Source of the DNA: a virus | Lineage: Duplodnaviria; Heunggongvirae; Uroviricota; Caudoviricetes | Virus record (IMG/VR): IMGVR_UViG_2917849834_000002 | Direction: 5' to 3' (one strand) | Length of the DNA: 37,257 nt | In this document: one piece after another, positions 6,910-16,414 of the stretch | Layout of the letters: every line of letters starts with the position of its first letter | Position numbering within the stretch: the first letter of the stretch is position 1 | Program-made: the position numbers and the translations under genes | The notes under the pieces: model-generated | The model's database searches: none | Seen by the model: only the letters and a program-made list of their open reading frames with translations | What the model was told of the DNA's origin: nothing

Positions 6910-8958
6910 CTATGCTGTACGTATAAACAAACCAATCATGACACCGAACGTATCAGCCGATCCCATCATGTCGCCAGACAATGCCCGGTACGTTCCCGGC
7001 AAACCTGCTCCTGAATCACGAAAATAAGCAGATACGTTGCCGTCGTATACGCCGGCCACGTTACTGGTGAAATGGCCCTTAAATTCAACCGCGCTAAGAC
7101 GCGAGCCAGGGTAATAATAACCCCGCATTATCCGGCGATTCTGGTCTGAAGAGTCACTTCCTCTGTATGCGGCCAGCACCAGACTGCCTGTGCCGTACCA
7201 GGCGTCTGTGGCTCCCGGAGCAATGCCTGACAGAAGATCGATAACGTTCTGAGTGGTAAATTTCAGTGATTCCCAGCCGATGAGATAGCCATTTCCACTT
7301 GTCCAGTAGCGGTTGTGATAAATATTGCCGTTAATGCCATAGAAAGTAATGACCTTTACTGTATGACGCGGGTTCGGCACTCCATACTCTGACTCAACCC
7401 AGCGAATACGAACCATTCCTTTGAACAGCACGTCCGGTATAATTTTATTGCTGCCGTCAACAAGATATTCTCCCGGTTCTGCCTTCCTTACCCACGCAAG
7501 AAAATCATTTTCTGAGTTAAACCTGATGACCTCGTCAGGGAGAAAGATATGACCAAAGCCGAACGCGCCAGGTATAGCCAGGCGGTCTGCCGTGCGGTCA
7601 TGAATGTCACCCTGCGGCTCCAGTGTGGCAGCTTTTCCAAGCTCAAGGATCGTGTGCATGTCTGCCAGTGTTTCCTGCATCAGCAGAGTGCGCGCCATTT
7701 CTGACAGTGTGGAAAGCGAAGCATTCCCTTCCGTATCAAAGCACAATAATTTGTCTGCCCGCGCTTTCAAATTGCTGATGGCGGTTAACACGTCACTGAG
7801 AGGTTGCTTGCCTGCCAGCGCGTTGGTGACTGTTGTTGCAAAGTTCGGGTCATTGCCCAGCGCCGCCGCCAGTTCGTTCAGCGTGTCCAGGGCTTCGGGA
7901 GATGAATCCACCAGTGCAGCGAGCAGTTTGCGGACAAACGCCGCATTTGCGATTTCTGTCCCCGTGGCATCATCAGGCGGTGTCGGGGTTTTCGGAGCGC
8001 CGGTAAAGACCGGACTGTACAGGGTGGCTCTGGCGTTGATTAACGTTAAGAAGTACGCCTCATTTGTCTTCAGGTTATCCCAGCCAGTCAGATAACCACC
8101 GCTGAGAGGCCAGTAACGGTTGTAATAAACATCTCCGTTAACGGTGTATAAAATAATGGCTTTTGCCATATGTTGCGGTTCTGGTGGATTGCGGTTCGCC
8201 TCCAGAAACCGGATATTAATTACACCACAGTAGCCACCGGGTAACACACCATTGGCCCCCTGTACAGAATACTCTCCGGGCGTTGCCTGCTTGACCCATG
8301 CTAGGAGGTCTTTTTCTGTATCAAACCGGATAAGCTCGCCTGGCAGAAACATGTGACCAAAACCAAATGCGCCCGGTATCGCCAGCCGGCCTTCCGTGCG
8401 GTCGTAAATATCACTCTGCGGCTCCATTGTGGCGGCATTTTTCAGTCCCAGATTATCACGGGATTCCTGTTGCGCCTCTTCACCTTCTGCCGCAATTTCT
8501 GACAGGTGGTTAGCCGTTTTCAGCATTGTTTTCAGTTCCGGATAAATATCCATCTGCCAGCTCTGTGGGGGAACCGTGATTTGTGCAGCCTGAGCCATAC
8601 CACTGTAAGTGATTGCAAAATTACGAAGAAGAGTTTCCCCCACATGTTTGTGGTGAACAGGAGTTTTTATTACACCGCATAGCGTGCCACTTGCCTGGTG
8701 AACAAGACAAATCCAGTCATAACTGAATTCGGCGTCTTCAGTGACTGCACCGCTACATACAATGCTGTTTGGGGTCAGTTGTCCGTAGGTGAGTTTGTTT
8801 ACGGTATAAGTAATTTTTTCCGGTGGAATAATATTATCTTCCGGGCTGGGGTCGCGATTCATTAGTGCAAATACGATGGCATCCGGCCGGGCAGGTAAAT
8901 TGCCGGCAATGCATTTTGCAATCCATTTTTCAAATGCTTTCGTTAATAATGCGCTCAT
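6910..8958 (-). CDS. Tail fibre protein 2 (mosaic, with internal duplication)
   Basis: 682 aa; N-terminus homologous to fibre 1; contains the P2 gpH-type motif ALDTLNELAAALGNDPNFATT; two diverged copies of a roughly 125-aa segment (aa ~177-300 and ~445-570). Confidence 0.8.
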   Translation of the reverse strand: MSALLTKAFEKWIAKCIAGNLPARPDAIVFALMNRDPSPEDNIIPPEKITYTVNKLTYGQLTPNSIVCSGAVTEDAEFSYDWICLVHQASGTLCGVIKTPVHHKHVGETLLRNFAITYSGMAQAAQITVPPQSWQMDIYPELKTMLKTANHLSEIAAEGEEAQQESRDNLGLKNAATMEPQSDIYDRTEGRLAIPGAFGFGHMFLPGELIRFDTEKDLLAWVKQATPGEYSVQGANGVLPGGYCGVINIRFLEANRNPPEPQHMAKAIILYTVNGDVYYNRYWPLSGGYLTGWDNLKTNEAYFLTLINARATLYSPVFTGAPKTPTPPDDATGTEIANAAFVRKLLAALVDSSPEALDTLNELAAALGNDPNFATTVTNALAGKQPLSDVLTAISNLKARADKLLCFDTEGNASLSTLSEMARTLLMQETLADMHTILELGKAATLEPQGDIHDRTADRLAIPGAFGFGHIFLPDEVIRFNSENDFLAWVRKAEPGEYLVDGSNKIIPDVLFKGMVRIRWVESEYGVPNPRHTVKVITFYGINGNIYHNRYWTSGNGYLIGWESLKFTTQNVIDLLSGIAPGATDAWYGTGSLVLAAYRGSDSSDQNRRIMRGYYYPGSRLSAVEFKGHFTSNVAGVYDGNVSAYFRDSGAGLPGTYRALSGDMMGSADTFGVMIGLFIRTA

Positions 8959-9515
8959 TATTCTTTATTCTCATTAATAGTTTGCGACAGCTCCGGCCAC
9001 GCGATCGCGGCATACGCTGTTTTATCCGTAATCAGGCTAAAATCCATCACCTGCAATTCCTTTGCGTAAATACGATATGCTCTCAGCTTTTCTTTATCTT
9101 CGTCGCTGATTAACCCCAGCAACAGGTCTTTTTCCCAGTCAGCAGTTAACCGGCTTACATCCTTGAGCTTCCTCACTCGCTCATCTTCTGCCTTTTTACC
9201 GTAATCAAATATGAATTTACCATCCCGGTAAAACCAGTAACCCGATATATCAATTCGTCGGTTAGCTGTGTTATCTGTCACTTCAATCACGCTCCTGTTT
9301 CTGGGGTTAATTGACGCAACATCTTTGCCAACCCAGGTAACTTTTCCTGTATCCAGATATTCGACTTTTAATGTGTCAGGTGAAAAATCTTTCTGAATCT
9401 CATACCAGTTTTCACCAGATTCTGCATACAACCACTCGACGCCATATCTTTTAGTTAACTCATATTGTTCGGCTGTTTTCGGATTGCCCGACGTAATATT
9501 TTTTAAGTGCAACAT
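8958..9515 (-). CDS. Tail fibre assembly chaperone (set 1)
   Basis: 185 aa directly after fibre 1 (TAATG overlap with the next start); Tfa-like size and composition. Confidence 0.65.
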   Translation of the reverse strand: MLHLKNITSGNPKTAEQYELTKRYGVEWLYAESGENWYEIQKDFSPDTLKVEYLDTGKVTWVGKDVASINPRNRSVIEVTDNTANRRIDISGYWFYRDGKFIFDYGKKAEDERVRKLKDVSRLTADWEKDLLLGLISDEDKEKLRAYRIYAKELQVMDFSLITDKTAYAAIAWPELSQTINENKE

Positions 9516-9517
9516 AA

Positions 9518-11176
9518 TTACATACTCGCTACGTTATACCAGGTTCCATTAATCAGTTTCTGAAGGGGGCGGATAAACCACCCGTCGGCAGAGTTATCCC
9601 AGTCTCCGTAGCAGTAGCCACCCACACTGACATAACCCGGGGGAGCCAGGTTTGAGCCTGTACTGCCCATCTGTTGATAACCGCCAAGACGCATATCCTG
9701 TACTCCCATTTTATTTTGCAGGTAAGATGACAGCCATCCTCCCCATGTGCTGCCGTACACGTTACCGTCAGCCGCAAGCCTTGCAGAGCCGTTGCCTGAC
9801 TGTAATTCACCTGTTGCGACACTATTTCCATGCACCAGTGAACCGCCACCGGTGGTCACTTTGTGTGACATGGCAATATCACCAGTCCGCAGGTTAATTG
9901 AGAAAGGACGCAGAGGGCCAATATTGCCATTTTCACCCTGTCCTTCCGTGGTGGGGATAAGATGAAGGCTGTCTTCTGAGCGACGAAAAATCAGACCAAA
10001 GGCGCCATCGAAAATCCTCAGCGCATTAACGTCACGAATTTTCAGTTCCCCGGTCATGGTATCGCCACCTCGCTGAACGGCGCCTTCTGCCTTATCAACG
10101 GTGGGCTTTAGTCCGACGTTTTCAATAAACAGTGGTTTGTCGGGGATGTCGCTGCCGTTGCGATTTTTCGCAAGGCGGGCATTTGCGTTATCCATTGCGA
10201 TTTTTACCGCTTTTGACGTGGCGGCACGGTCTTCTGCATCACTGTCAGTGGCGTTACTGTACTGAGCGAATCCTTTTTCGTTCAGTGTGGCATCCGGGTG
10301 CCTGCGGGATTTTTCGTGTTCTGCCAGTGCATTGCTTTGTTCTTCGTCGGGTGTCTCCGGACGTAAATCCTGTGAGCCGTCTGCTGTCAGTTTTGCAAGC
10401 GGTGCAACAAAATGCCGAAAGCCATTCCCGTCTGTGTAGGATGCATGTTCCGGGCGGGCGCTGAATGTGAAAACCGTATTCCATTCGCCAGTAACAAATC
10501 CCTGCCAGCTTGCATCAATCCAGATGGTGTCCCCGACCGTTGCGCGCAGGCTGTAAGGTTCGCGCAGACTGACGCGCAAACCTCCCACATAACCAATCCC
10601 CGCGGCAACAATGGCGGTGCCGTTCTGATAGCTCACCTGAAAACCGTCCTCCAGAAAAGCGGCTTCACCGTAGTGATCAAACGCCAGCAGTCTGCGGGCT
10701 TCATCCATTCCCGCCAGGCGGGCAGTGAAATCAATCTGCCAGACATCAGCACTGACATCGATATGCATCGCTGCTGCCGCACCGTCAAACTCCATGGAAA
10801 ACGTGCGGATCAGATTGTTTCCCTGTACACCGTTCGCGGTTTTAATTTTTTGCTGGCAGGGGGTGTGCGCAATCATACAGAGCACGCCGCTTTCTTCGTT
10901 CAGCAGGCCAATCCAGTTGTATTCGAAGTCGCCGATTGTGGTATCCAGAATGATGGAAAATGCGGTTGCATTCGGTGACAGGAGACCGTACTGGGTGACC
11001 GGTGCGCGATACTGGATCAGGGTTTCATCAGGGAGCGTTTCGTCGCGGGGGATCTCTGCAGACTCATCCAGTCCCGGAATATATGCAAAAACAAATGTAT
11101 CCGGGCGCGCAGGTTTCCCGCTGATGATCTGATTTGCGCACCAGTGTTCGTATTGTTCAGTAATAATCGTACTCAT
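9518..11176 (-). CDS. Tail fibre protein 1 (P2 gpH-like C-terminal two-thirds)
   Basis: 552 aa; AEHEKSRRHPDATLNEKGF and C-terminal KLINGTWYNV match P2 gpH motifs as I recall them; start overlaps the gpI-like stop. Confidence 0.85.
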   Translation of the reverse strand: MSTIITEQYEHWCANQIISGKPARPDTFVFAYIPGLDESAEIPRDETLPDETLIQYRAPVTQYGLLSPNATAFSIILDTTIGDFEYNWIGLLNEESGVLCMIAHTPCQQKIKTANGVQGNNLIRTFSMEFDGAAAAMHIDVSADVWQIDFTARLAGMDEARRLLAFDHYGEAAFLEDGFQVSYQNGTAIVAAGIGYVGGLRVSLREPYSLRATVGDTIWIDASWQGFVTGEWNTVFTFSARPEHASYTDGNGFRHFVAPLAKLTADGSQDLRPETPDEEQSNALAEHEKSRRHPDATLNEKGFAQYSNATDSDAEDRAATSKAVKIAMDNANARLAKNRNGSDIPDKPLFIENVGLKPTVDKAEGAVQRGGDTMTGELKIRDVNALRIFDGAFGLIFRRSEDSLHLIPTTEGQGENGNIGPLRPFSINLRTGDIAMSHKVTTGGGSLVHGNSVATGELQSGNGSARLAADGNVYGSTWGGWLSSYLQNKMGVQDMRLGGYQQMGSTGSNLAPPGYVSVGGYCYGDWDNSADGWFIRPLQKLINGTWYNVASM

Positions 11177-11808
11177 GCGTTATTTGCCTGTAATGTGTAA
11201 TGCTCCACGGACAGGCCGTAATGTCCTGCCTGTAGTGAAGCGGTTAACCAGATGGTGTCCTTTCTCACCGTTGCTTCTGCTGTGTGGTACCGGTAGTGAC
11301 CATCAAACGTGCCGGCTGTCAGTCGGGCGGTGGTTGCATTGATCACCTGAAAGAAATAGCGCCTGCAGGTACGGCCATACTGGCGCACGAGCTGCATCAT
11401 CAGCGCGTTGCTTTCACTCAGCTGGGTGTCATTAATGCGCAGTAAAATAACGTCCCAGTCATGTTGCAGTTGTCGCTCCAGTGTTTTAACGTCTCCCACG
11501 CCAAGACGTTTAAAGATGCGCTCGAAGCCGGCGCGTTCGCCTGAGTCCTGAGCGTTGATAAATGCGTGTTTTACCCTCAGGCGAAATAACGAAACCGGCT
11601 CCCCCTTAAATCGGGTGATGTTGCGCTGGTATGCCAGCAGGTTAAGTAAAGGCTCTGCGCAGGTGTCGACATCAATCTGCTGTAGTGGCCACGTCAGCCA
11701 GCTCCAGACCTTTTCCCAGTAGCGATGCGATGAATGTGCAAGCGTCAACGGCTCACCTTTATTCATCCAGGTGGGAAGTGGAAATTCGGGTATCTCCGGA
11801 AGTTTCAC
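11173..11808 (-). CDS. Baseplate/tail protein, gpI-like
   Basis: Follows the baseplate J gene; likely GTG start at 11808 overlapping the J stop (GTGA) with SD GGAGGTG 5 nt upstream (alternative ATG at 11766). Confidence 0.55.
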   Translation of the reverse strand: MKLPEIPEFPLPTWMNKGEPLTLAHSSHRYWEKVWSWLTWPLQQIDVDTCAEPLLNLLAYQRNITRFKGEPVSLFRLRVKHAFINAQDSGERAGFERIFKRLGVGDVKTLERQLQHDWDVILLRINDTQLSESNALMMQLVRQYGRTCRRYFFQVINATTARLTAGTFDGHYRYHTAEATVRKDTIWLTASLQAGHYGLSVEHYTLQANNA

Positions 11809-12989
11809 GCGCCCACCTCCACAGCAAGCGATTCCAGACGGGGAACGGCCAGATCGCTGAGAATATCCGGAAGGGAAAACGTAACCGACTCCACCTGTGG
11901 AAAGACCTGGTGGATCTCTTCGCCCAGTCTGGACATGCTGAAACGGCTGTACGGCCATGTTTTCTGAACGTCATAATCGCTGTTTTCGCGAAATGCACAG
12001 CGAACCAGATTTTCCACATTGTGCAATAGTGTCTGAATCTCCTCATCGCTGAGGTTCAGCGTTGCATACAACCAGAGTGTCACGGTCAGGGTGTGGCGTG
12101 TTTCAGGCATGGAAAAACAGCGCAGATCGTCACCGTGTCCGTGATGACCTTCATCGTTAATGAATGCGTTTACTGCATCAACGAACGGTTCGGATGCGAT
12201 GCCGGTATCCAGCAGAATGTAAGCATTCGCTGTGCCGGGGCCGCGTGGTGCATCATGCAGAAAATAGATGCGGTCGGCACTGATGCCGGCAACACCGGCA
12301 ATTAATCCACGGTAAACAGCATCGGTGTGATAAGCGCCGGCAAGATTAAACTGATTGCGCACACGATCACGCAGCTCGTCGTCGCTTTCTTCGTTGGCCC
12401 CCGGCGAGGTCAGCCAGTTTTCATCGTTCTCAACGCCGGCAATGCCGTCAATTGCCACCGGAAGGATGCGGTAATACCCCGGTGCGAGGTTAAAGCCGGC
12501 CCCGGCCTGTTCCGCAGAAACATCGATGTTCATGCTGAGTGTTCCTGCCGGAATAACCGTATCCCTGACAACGGTCAGCGTATAAATCACGCCGTTAATA
12601 CGCTCTGTCTGGATCTGTGTACCTGCCGGCACAGTAACTGTGCGATCAATATCGTCTTTTGTGAAACGAATAACGCCGGATGCGTGCGTGGCGGCCTTGC
12701 GCTGCAGGTTCACTGCCCAGGCAAAAACATCAACGAATACACCACTGGCATCGGCCAGAAACAGGTTTTTCATCACCACATTAACCAGCGCGTCTTTCAG
12801 CCACATCACGGGTTTTGTGGTGATAGCTGTAATCAGTCGCCAGAACGGCGACATGCGGGATGTGTTGGTGATAAGCCCTTCGTCTTTGACAATGGCTTCA
12901 AATTCAGCACGTGCCTGTTCTTCGGTTACCGGCATGCCATTATCAGCCAGAATGCGCTCGTAATCTGCGGTAGGTTTGCCGTTAATCAT
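11805..12989 (-). CDS. Baseplate J-like protein
   Basis: 394 aa from ATG at 12989; size and position (after the gp25/W-position gene, before gpI-like and fibres) typical of baseplate J / Mu gp47. Confidence 0.75.
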   Translation of the reverse strand: MINGKPTADYERILADNGMPVTEEQARAEFEAIVKDEGLITNTSRMSPFWRLITAITTKPVMWLKDALVNVVMKNLFLADASGVFVDVFAWAVNLQRKAATHASGVIRFTKDDIDRTVTVPAGTQIQTERINGVIYTLTVVRDTVIPAGTLSMNIDVSAEQAGAGFNLAPGYYRILPVAIDGIAGVENDENWLTSPGANEESDDELRDRVRNQFNLAGAYHTDAVYRGLIAGVAGISADRIYFLHDAPRGPGTANAYILLDTGIASEPFVDAVNAFINDEGHHGHGDDLRCFSMPETRHTLTVTLWLYATLNLSDEEIQTLLHNVENLVRCAFRENSDYDVQKTWPYSRFSMSRLGEEIHQVFPQVESVTFSLPDILSDLAVPRLESLAVEVGA

Positions 12990-13332
12990 CAAGAGATACC
13001 GTAAAAGTCAGGGGTTCAAAAAAATCTTCGGTGTGGGCGCTAATCAGCAGGCGACCAGAAAGCGGGGTTTCTTCTGTCACACTGACCGTGCCAGGTGTAA
13101 TACGCTCATCATCTTCAATCAGCAGTGTCATCTGCATCATGATGTCGGCACGAAGCGTCGGGCTTTTTTCAGCCAGCAGGCGCGTTGCCAGTCCGCTCTC
13201 AATGATGGCGTGCTGGCAGTCCTGGGCAATACTTTCCCTGTTGTTGCACAATACCGGCTCACTGGCGCTGTTCAGCGTGAGATTGCGACCGGTGATGAGC
13301 AAATCAATGTAAAGCGGTTTATCAGTATGCAT
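12982..13332 (-). CDS. Small baseplate protein in the gp25/gpW position
   Basis: 117 aa from ATG at 13332 (SD GGAG), overlapping the tape-measure stop by 8 nt; assignment is by position only. Confidence 0.35.
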   Translation of the reverse strand: MHTDKPLYIDLLITGRNLTLNSASEPVLCNNRESIAQDCQHAIIESGLATRLLAEKSPTLRADIMMQMTLLIEDDERITPGTVSVTEETPLSGRLLISAHTEDFFEPLTFTVSLDD

Positions 13333-15418
13333 GTAGCTCCATCCACTCGTTGAGGCGGGCAGGGGATGGATCCTGCACATTGACGTTGACCACGCGACGG
13401 GAGTTGTCGATTGTGGTCTGGTTTTCGCTGTTGTTCTGCATTTCTGCCGCAATGCCACCCGGCCCCGCACTGATGGCTTTACCGCCGGTTAATACGGAGC
13501 CTTCGCCACTTCCTGTGCTTTCTGATGTGCCGATGTTAACGCCGGGGATCATGTTGAGTTTGTCCACAATCCAGCCCCATGAATCACTGAAGGACTGTTT
13601 CACCAGTTCCCAGAGGTTACTGAAAATGTTCAGGATGCCGCCGGCGATATCCTTCAGGGCGTCCAGAGGTGAATGCGTGGAAAAATAGTTAACCAGTGCA
13701 TTCCAGCCGTCCTGGATTGTGTTCCATGCATTGCCGAACCATGCCCCCATACTGCCGACCATTTCAGCCACCCACTGAAAGGCGGCGGTATCCATCAGCG
13801 CGGCTTTAATCTCATCCCAGCGGGTGATCAGGAAATAAATGCCCACGCTCAGCGCAGCCAGTGCCAGGATGATTAATGTGATGGGGCTGAAAAGTAACTG
13901 TGTTGCAATTGCGGCTCCGCTGGTGACTGCGGTGTAGATTTTCATTGCTATGCCGGCGGCACCCAGCGCAACAGAATAAAGCCAGAGTCCGGCGCGCTGT
14001 AATTTCAGCAGCGCCAGCTGAATTTTTGCTTTGACGTTGTATGTTCCCATAGCAATGGACATGGCCAGATACAGCGCCCTGACCGTTCGGGCAACTACAG
14101 TGAATGCCCACATGGTAGCCGTCAGTGTGCGTTTCAGCAGAATGAGAATCTTCAGAGGTGCAACTGCTGCCAGCCAGACCAGCCGCAGTCCTGTCCAGAC
14201 AAACTTCGCCACACCCACCATAATGTTGACAACGGCACCCACTGCGGCAATGCCCAGCAGGGCGGCAGACAGTAAACCAATAGCCCGTGTGATATTGGGA
14301 TACAGACGTAACCAGGCAACAAAGGATTTACCGCCTTCGTTGCTTTTCTGGATAAACGGGTACAGAACAGGCAGCAACTGCGTGCCGATTTCGATGCGAA
14401 TGCCGTTAATAATTGCGGCGGCCTGTTCCCATGGATCAGCCATGGCCTGCGCCATTTCGACAGCCTTATCCATACCTTTGATATTGCCCAGCGTGGCGAT
14501 ATTCTTTTCAAGTCCGCCAATGTCCGCATTGAGTAATTTAATCATGGCCACAGCTTCATCGGAGCCAAAGGCGCTTTTCAGCAAATCGGAATCAGCCACT
14601 TTTGACAGATCACCAAATTTGCCCCTGATAAGTTTCATGATCTCGACAACACTTTTCATCGTGCCGTCTTTATTCACGAAATTAAGCCCCAGCTTTTTCT
14701 GGGCGCTGCCTACTGCGGCAAGAAATGCCTTGTACTTTGTCCCGGCCTCGCTGCCACTCATGGTGGCCTGCAGTTGTCCCAGCACGGCGAACTGTTCAGC
14801 CGCATCAATACCGGCCGCTTTTGCACTGGCACCCAGCGTGGTGAACGCCGCTGACATGTTATCGCCGGTTGTTTTAAACATTTGCACGGCGGTGGCGGTT
14901 TGCCCGGCGACCTGCTCCACCCATTTACTTTTTCCCATGGCATCAGCCTGGTCTTTAAAGATGCCGTACATGGTGCCCATGTAGGCGGTAATGGTCTGGC
15001 TGCTGGATTTGGTTGCTGCTGCCACCGTTGCTGATGCGGTGGTGAAGCGGGACAGCTCATCGTCAGTTAACCCGGCAATGGCTGACTGGATGTCGTAAGA
15101 AGCACGCACAAAATCCTGCGCAGCCCCGCCGTATTCCATAGTGAAATCAACGGCGGCGCGGCTGAGTTTACGCAATCCGGACTCTGCGACGCCCAGTGAT
15201 TTCACCTCACCGAGCGCCCTGTCCATTTCAATGGCTGGCATCAGTGCCCCCTGAATGGCAGCACCCACTCCCCAGAGCGCAGCGCCTCCGGTAGCAATGT
15301 CCCGAAAGGCTCCCCGACTTGTTGCAGCAAATCCCTGAACCTGTCGCCCGGCTGCACGCAACGGCCTTGTCAGGCGGTCTGTCAGTTCAAGAAGTAATTC
15401 AAGGCGCTGTTGTGACAT
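13322..15418 (-). CDS. Tail tape measure protein
   Basis: 698 aa, Ala/Gly-rich with central hydrophobic segments; directly downstream of the chaperone frameshift ORFs. Confidence 0.8.
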   Translation of the reverse strand: MSQQRLELLLELTDRLTRPLRAAGRQVQGFAATSRGAFRDIATGGAALWGVGAAIQGALMPAIEMDRALGEVKSLGVAESGLRKLSRAAVDFTMEYGGAAQDFVRASYDIQSAIAGLTDDELSRFTTASATVAAATKSSSQTITAYMGTMYGIFKDQADAMGKSKWVEQVAGQTATAVQMFKTTGDNMSAAFTTLGASAKAAGIDAAEQFAVLGQLQATMSGSEAGTKYKAFLAAVGSAQKKLGLNFVNKDGTMKSVVEIMKLIRGKFGDLSKVADSDLLKSAFGSDEAVAMIKLLNADIGGLEKNIATLGNIKGMDKAVEMAQAMADPWEQAAAIINGIRIEIGTQLLPVLYPFIQKSNEGGKSFVAWLRLYPNITRAIGLLSAALLGIAAVGAVVNIMVGVAKFVWTGLRLVWLAAVAPLKILILLKRTLTATMWAFTVVARTVRALYLAMSIAMGTYNVKAKIQLALLKLQRAGLWLYSVALGAAGIAMKIYTAVTSGAAIATQLLFSPITLIILALAALSVGIYFLITRWDEIKAALMDTAAFQWVAEMVGSMGAWFGNAWNTIQDGWNALVNYFSTHSPLDALKDIAGGILNIFSNLWELVKQSFSDSWGWIVDKLNMIPGVNIGTSESTGSGEGSVLTGGKAISAGPGGIAAEMQNNSENQTTIDNSRRVVNVNVQDPSPARLNEWMELHAY

Positions 15419-15615
15419 TACGATCCCTTAAAAGCACGGATAATGCCGTTATTGACGGCGATGCTCATATTTTCCCAGTAGTGGTTATCCAGCCAGACAG
15501 CGGCAGCCAGTGACTGCGGCGAGTCATCCTCGCCGGGCAGCCAGTGGCGGCGCAGGATCAGCATCCGGGTCAGGTCATTGCGATCAATGGCCCCCAGATG
15601 GCTTTTTATTTTTTT
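15418..15615 (-). other. -1 programmed frameshift extension (E' segment) giving an E-E' fusion
   Basis: From the A7 heptamer at 15609..15615 the -1 frame is open for 63 codons (IKSHLGAIDRNDLTRMLILRRHWLPGEDDSPQSLAAAVWLDNHYWENMSIAVNNGIIRAFKGS) and stops at a TAA overlapping the tape-measure ATG. Confidence 0.5.
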
Positions 15616-15899
15616 ACGGTGATTTCCACTTCCGGCACAAACTCGTTATTCACGGCTGTTGCCAGGCTGGCCGGCATTCCTGGTTTTTCCAGCAACTGGT
15701 TCAGCAGATCGCGGTGCTCTTTAATCACGATGCGGCGCAGGTAGTTTTTCAGCGGCGCGATTTTGTTATCCGGCATGAAGTCGTTCTGCAGATCGTTGTA
15801 GGCTTTAACGGTAGGGATAAACGTCAGTTCATGCTCGCCGACCTGTAAAGTGATGGTGTTCTCTGCGGTAGTCTGGGTGTTTTTATCGTTCATCATCAT
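15606..15899 (-). CDS. Tail assembly chaperone (gpE-like)
   Basis: 97 aa immediately upstream of the tape measure; ends in the slippery run A AAA AAA T. Confidence 0.55.
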   Translation of the reverse strand: MMMNDKNTQTTAENTITLQVGEHELTFIPTVKAYNDLQNDFMPDNKIAPLKNYLRRIVIKEHRDLLNQLLEKPGMPASLATAVNNEFVPEVEITVKK

Positions 15900-15924
15900 T
15901 TCCTTTTAAAGTCAAGAATAAGAG

Positions 15925-15957
15925 GGCTTAATAAGCCTGCAGGAAGGCTTATTAAGC
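15925..15957 (-). promoter_or_regulatory. 12-bp-stem hairpin between endolysin and tail chaperone genes
   Basis: GGCTTAATAAGCC / GGCTTATTAAGC inverted repeat with 8-nt loop, followed on the minus strand by a U-rich stretch; possible attenuator or processing site. Confidence 0.3.
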
Positions 15958-15963
15958 GTAAAA

Positions 15964-16305
15964 TCAGCGCACGCCGTTGTGCTCAAGGCTGAAATGATTG
16001 CCATCCGGGCGGTTTTTAAAACGACCGCCCCATGCGCCACCAAGTGATTCCCAGTACTCGCCCAGCTCGCGGTAGGCCTCTGTGCGGGTCTGATATTCAC
16101 CGTTAATAAACAGGTTAAAATCCACGGCCAGCCGCTGACAGTGCAGGCTGTTGGCAATGCCGGAACCCTTTTGGGCGTTGAGTTTTGCCTGCTCTGGTGT
16201 GCGGTACGCCTCACCGAACGTCAGGCCATAACCACGCTGATGGGCAAACTGGATGAGTTTTCCGATCATGACGGTAAATTGTTGTTGCTTATCGGAGAGT
16301 TTCAT
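15964..16305 (-). CDS. Endolysin, peptidase M15 family
   Basis: 113 aa; zinc-ligand pattern SLHCQRLAVD ... DGNHFSLEH typical of M15 L-alanyl-D-glutamate peptidases; follows a holin. Confidence 0.8.
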   Translation of the reverse strand: MKLSDKQQQFTVMIGKLIQFAHQRGYGLTFGEAYRTPEQAKLNAQKGSGIANSLHCQRLAVDFNLFINGEYQTRTEAYRELGEYWESLGGAWGGRFKNRPDGNHFSLEHNGVR

Positions 16306-16409
16306 TTTTGCTCCTTATGAGGTTGCTGAGGTTTGCGCAGCCAGTACCACAGTGCCCGGATAATTTTCCAGGCAATGGCGGCAGCTTTTTGTTCCCTGCG
16401 GGACAGCAT
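16302..16409 (-). CDS. 35-aa amphipathic basic peptide between holin and endolysin
   Basis: Not in the ORF track. MLSRREQKAAAIAWKIIRALWYWLRKPQQPHKEQK; SD AAAGAGGAG 8 nt upstream; its TGA overlaps the endolysin ATG. Confidence 0.3.
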   Translation of the reverse strand: MLSRREQKAAAIAWKIIRALWYWLRKPQQPHKEQK

Positions 16410-16414
16410 TGCTG

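Noticed and set aside
7604-8095. 163-aa plus-strand ORF inside tail fibre 2
   Set aside because: Antisense artefact within the fibre gene.
10412-10978. 188-aa plus-strand ORF inside tail fibre 1
   Set aside because: Antisense to a gene with clear gpH-type motifs; no start context.
12327-13004. 225-aa plus-strand ORF inside the baseplate J gene
   Set aside because: Antisense to baseplate J; Cys/His-rich composition; no SD.
14031-14984. 317-aa plus-strand ORF inside the tape-measure gene
   Set aside because: Antisense to a strongly supported gene; Ala/Ser-rich low-complexity translation typical of the reverse strand of GC-rich coding DNA; no ribosome-binding site.
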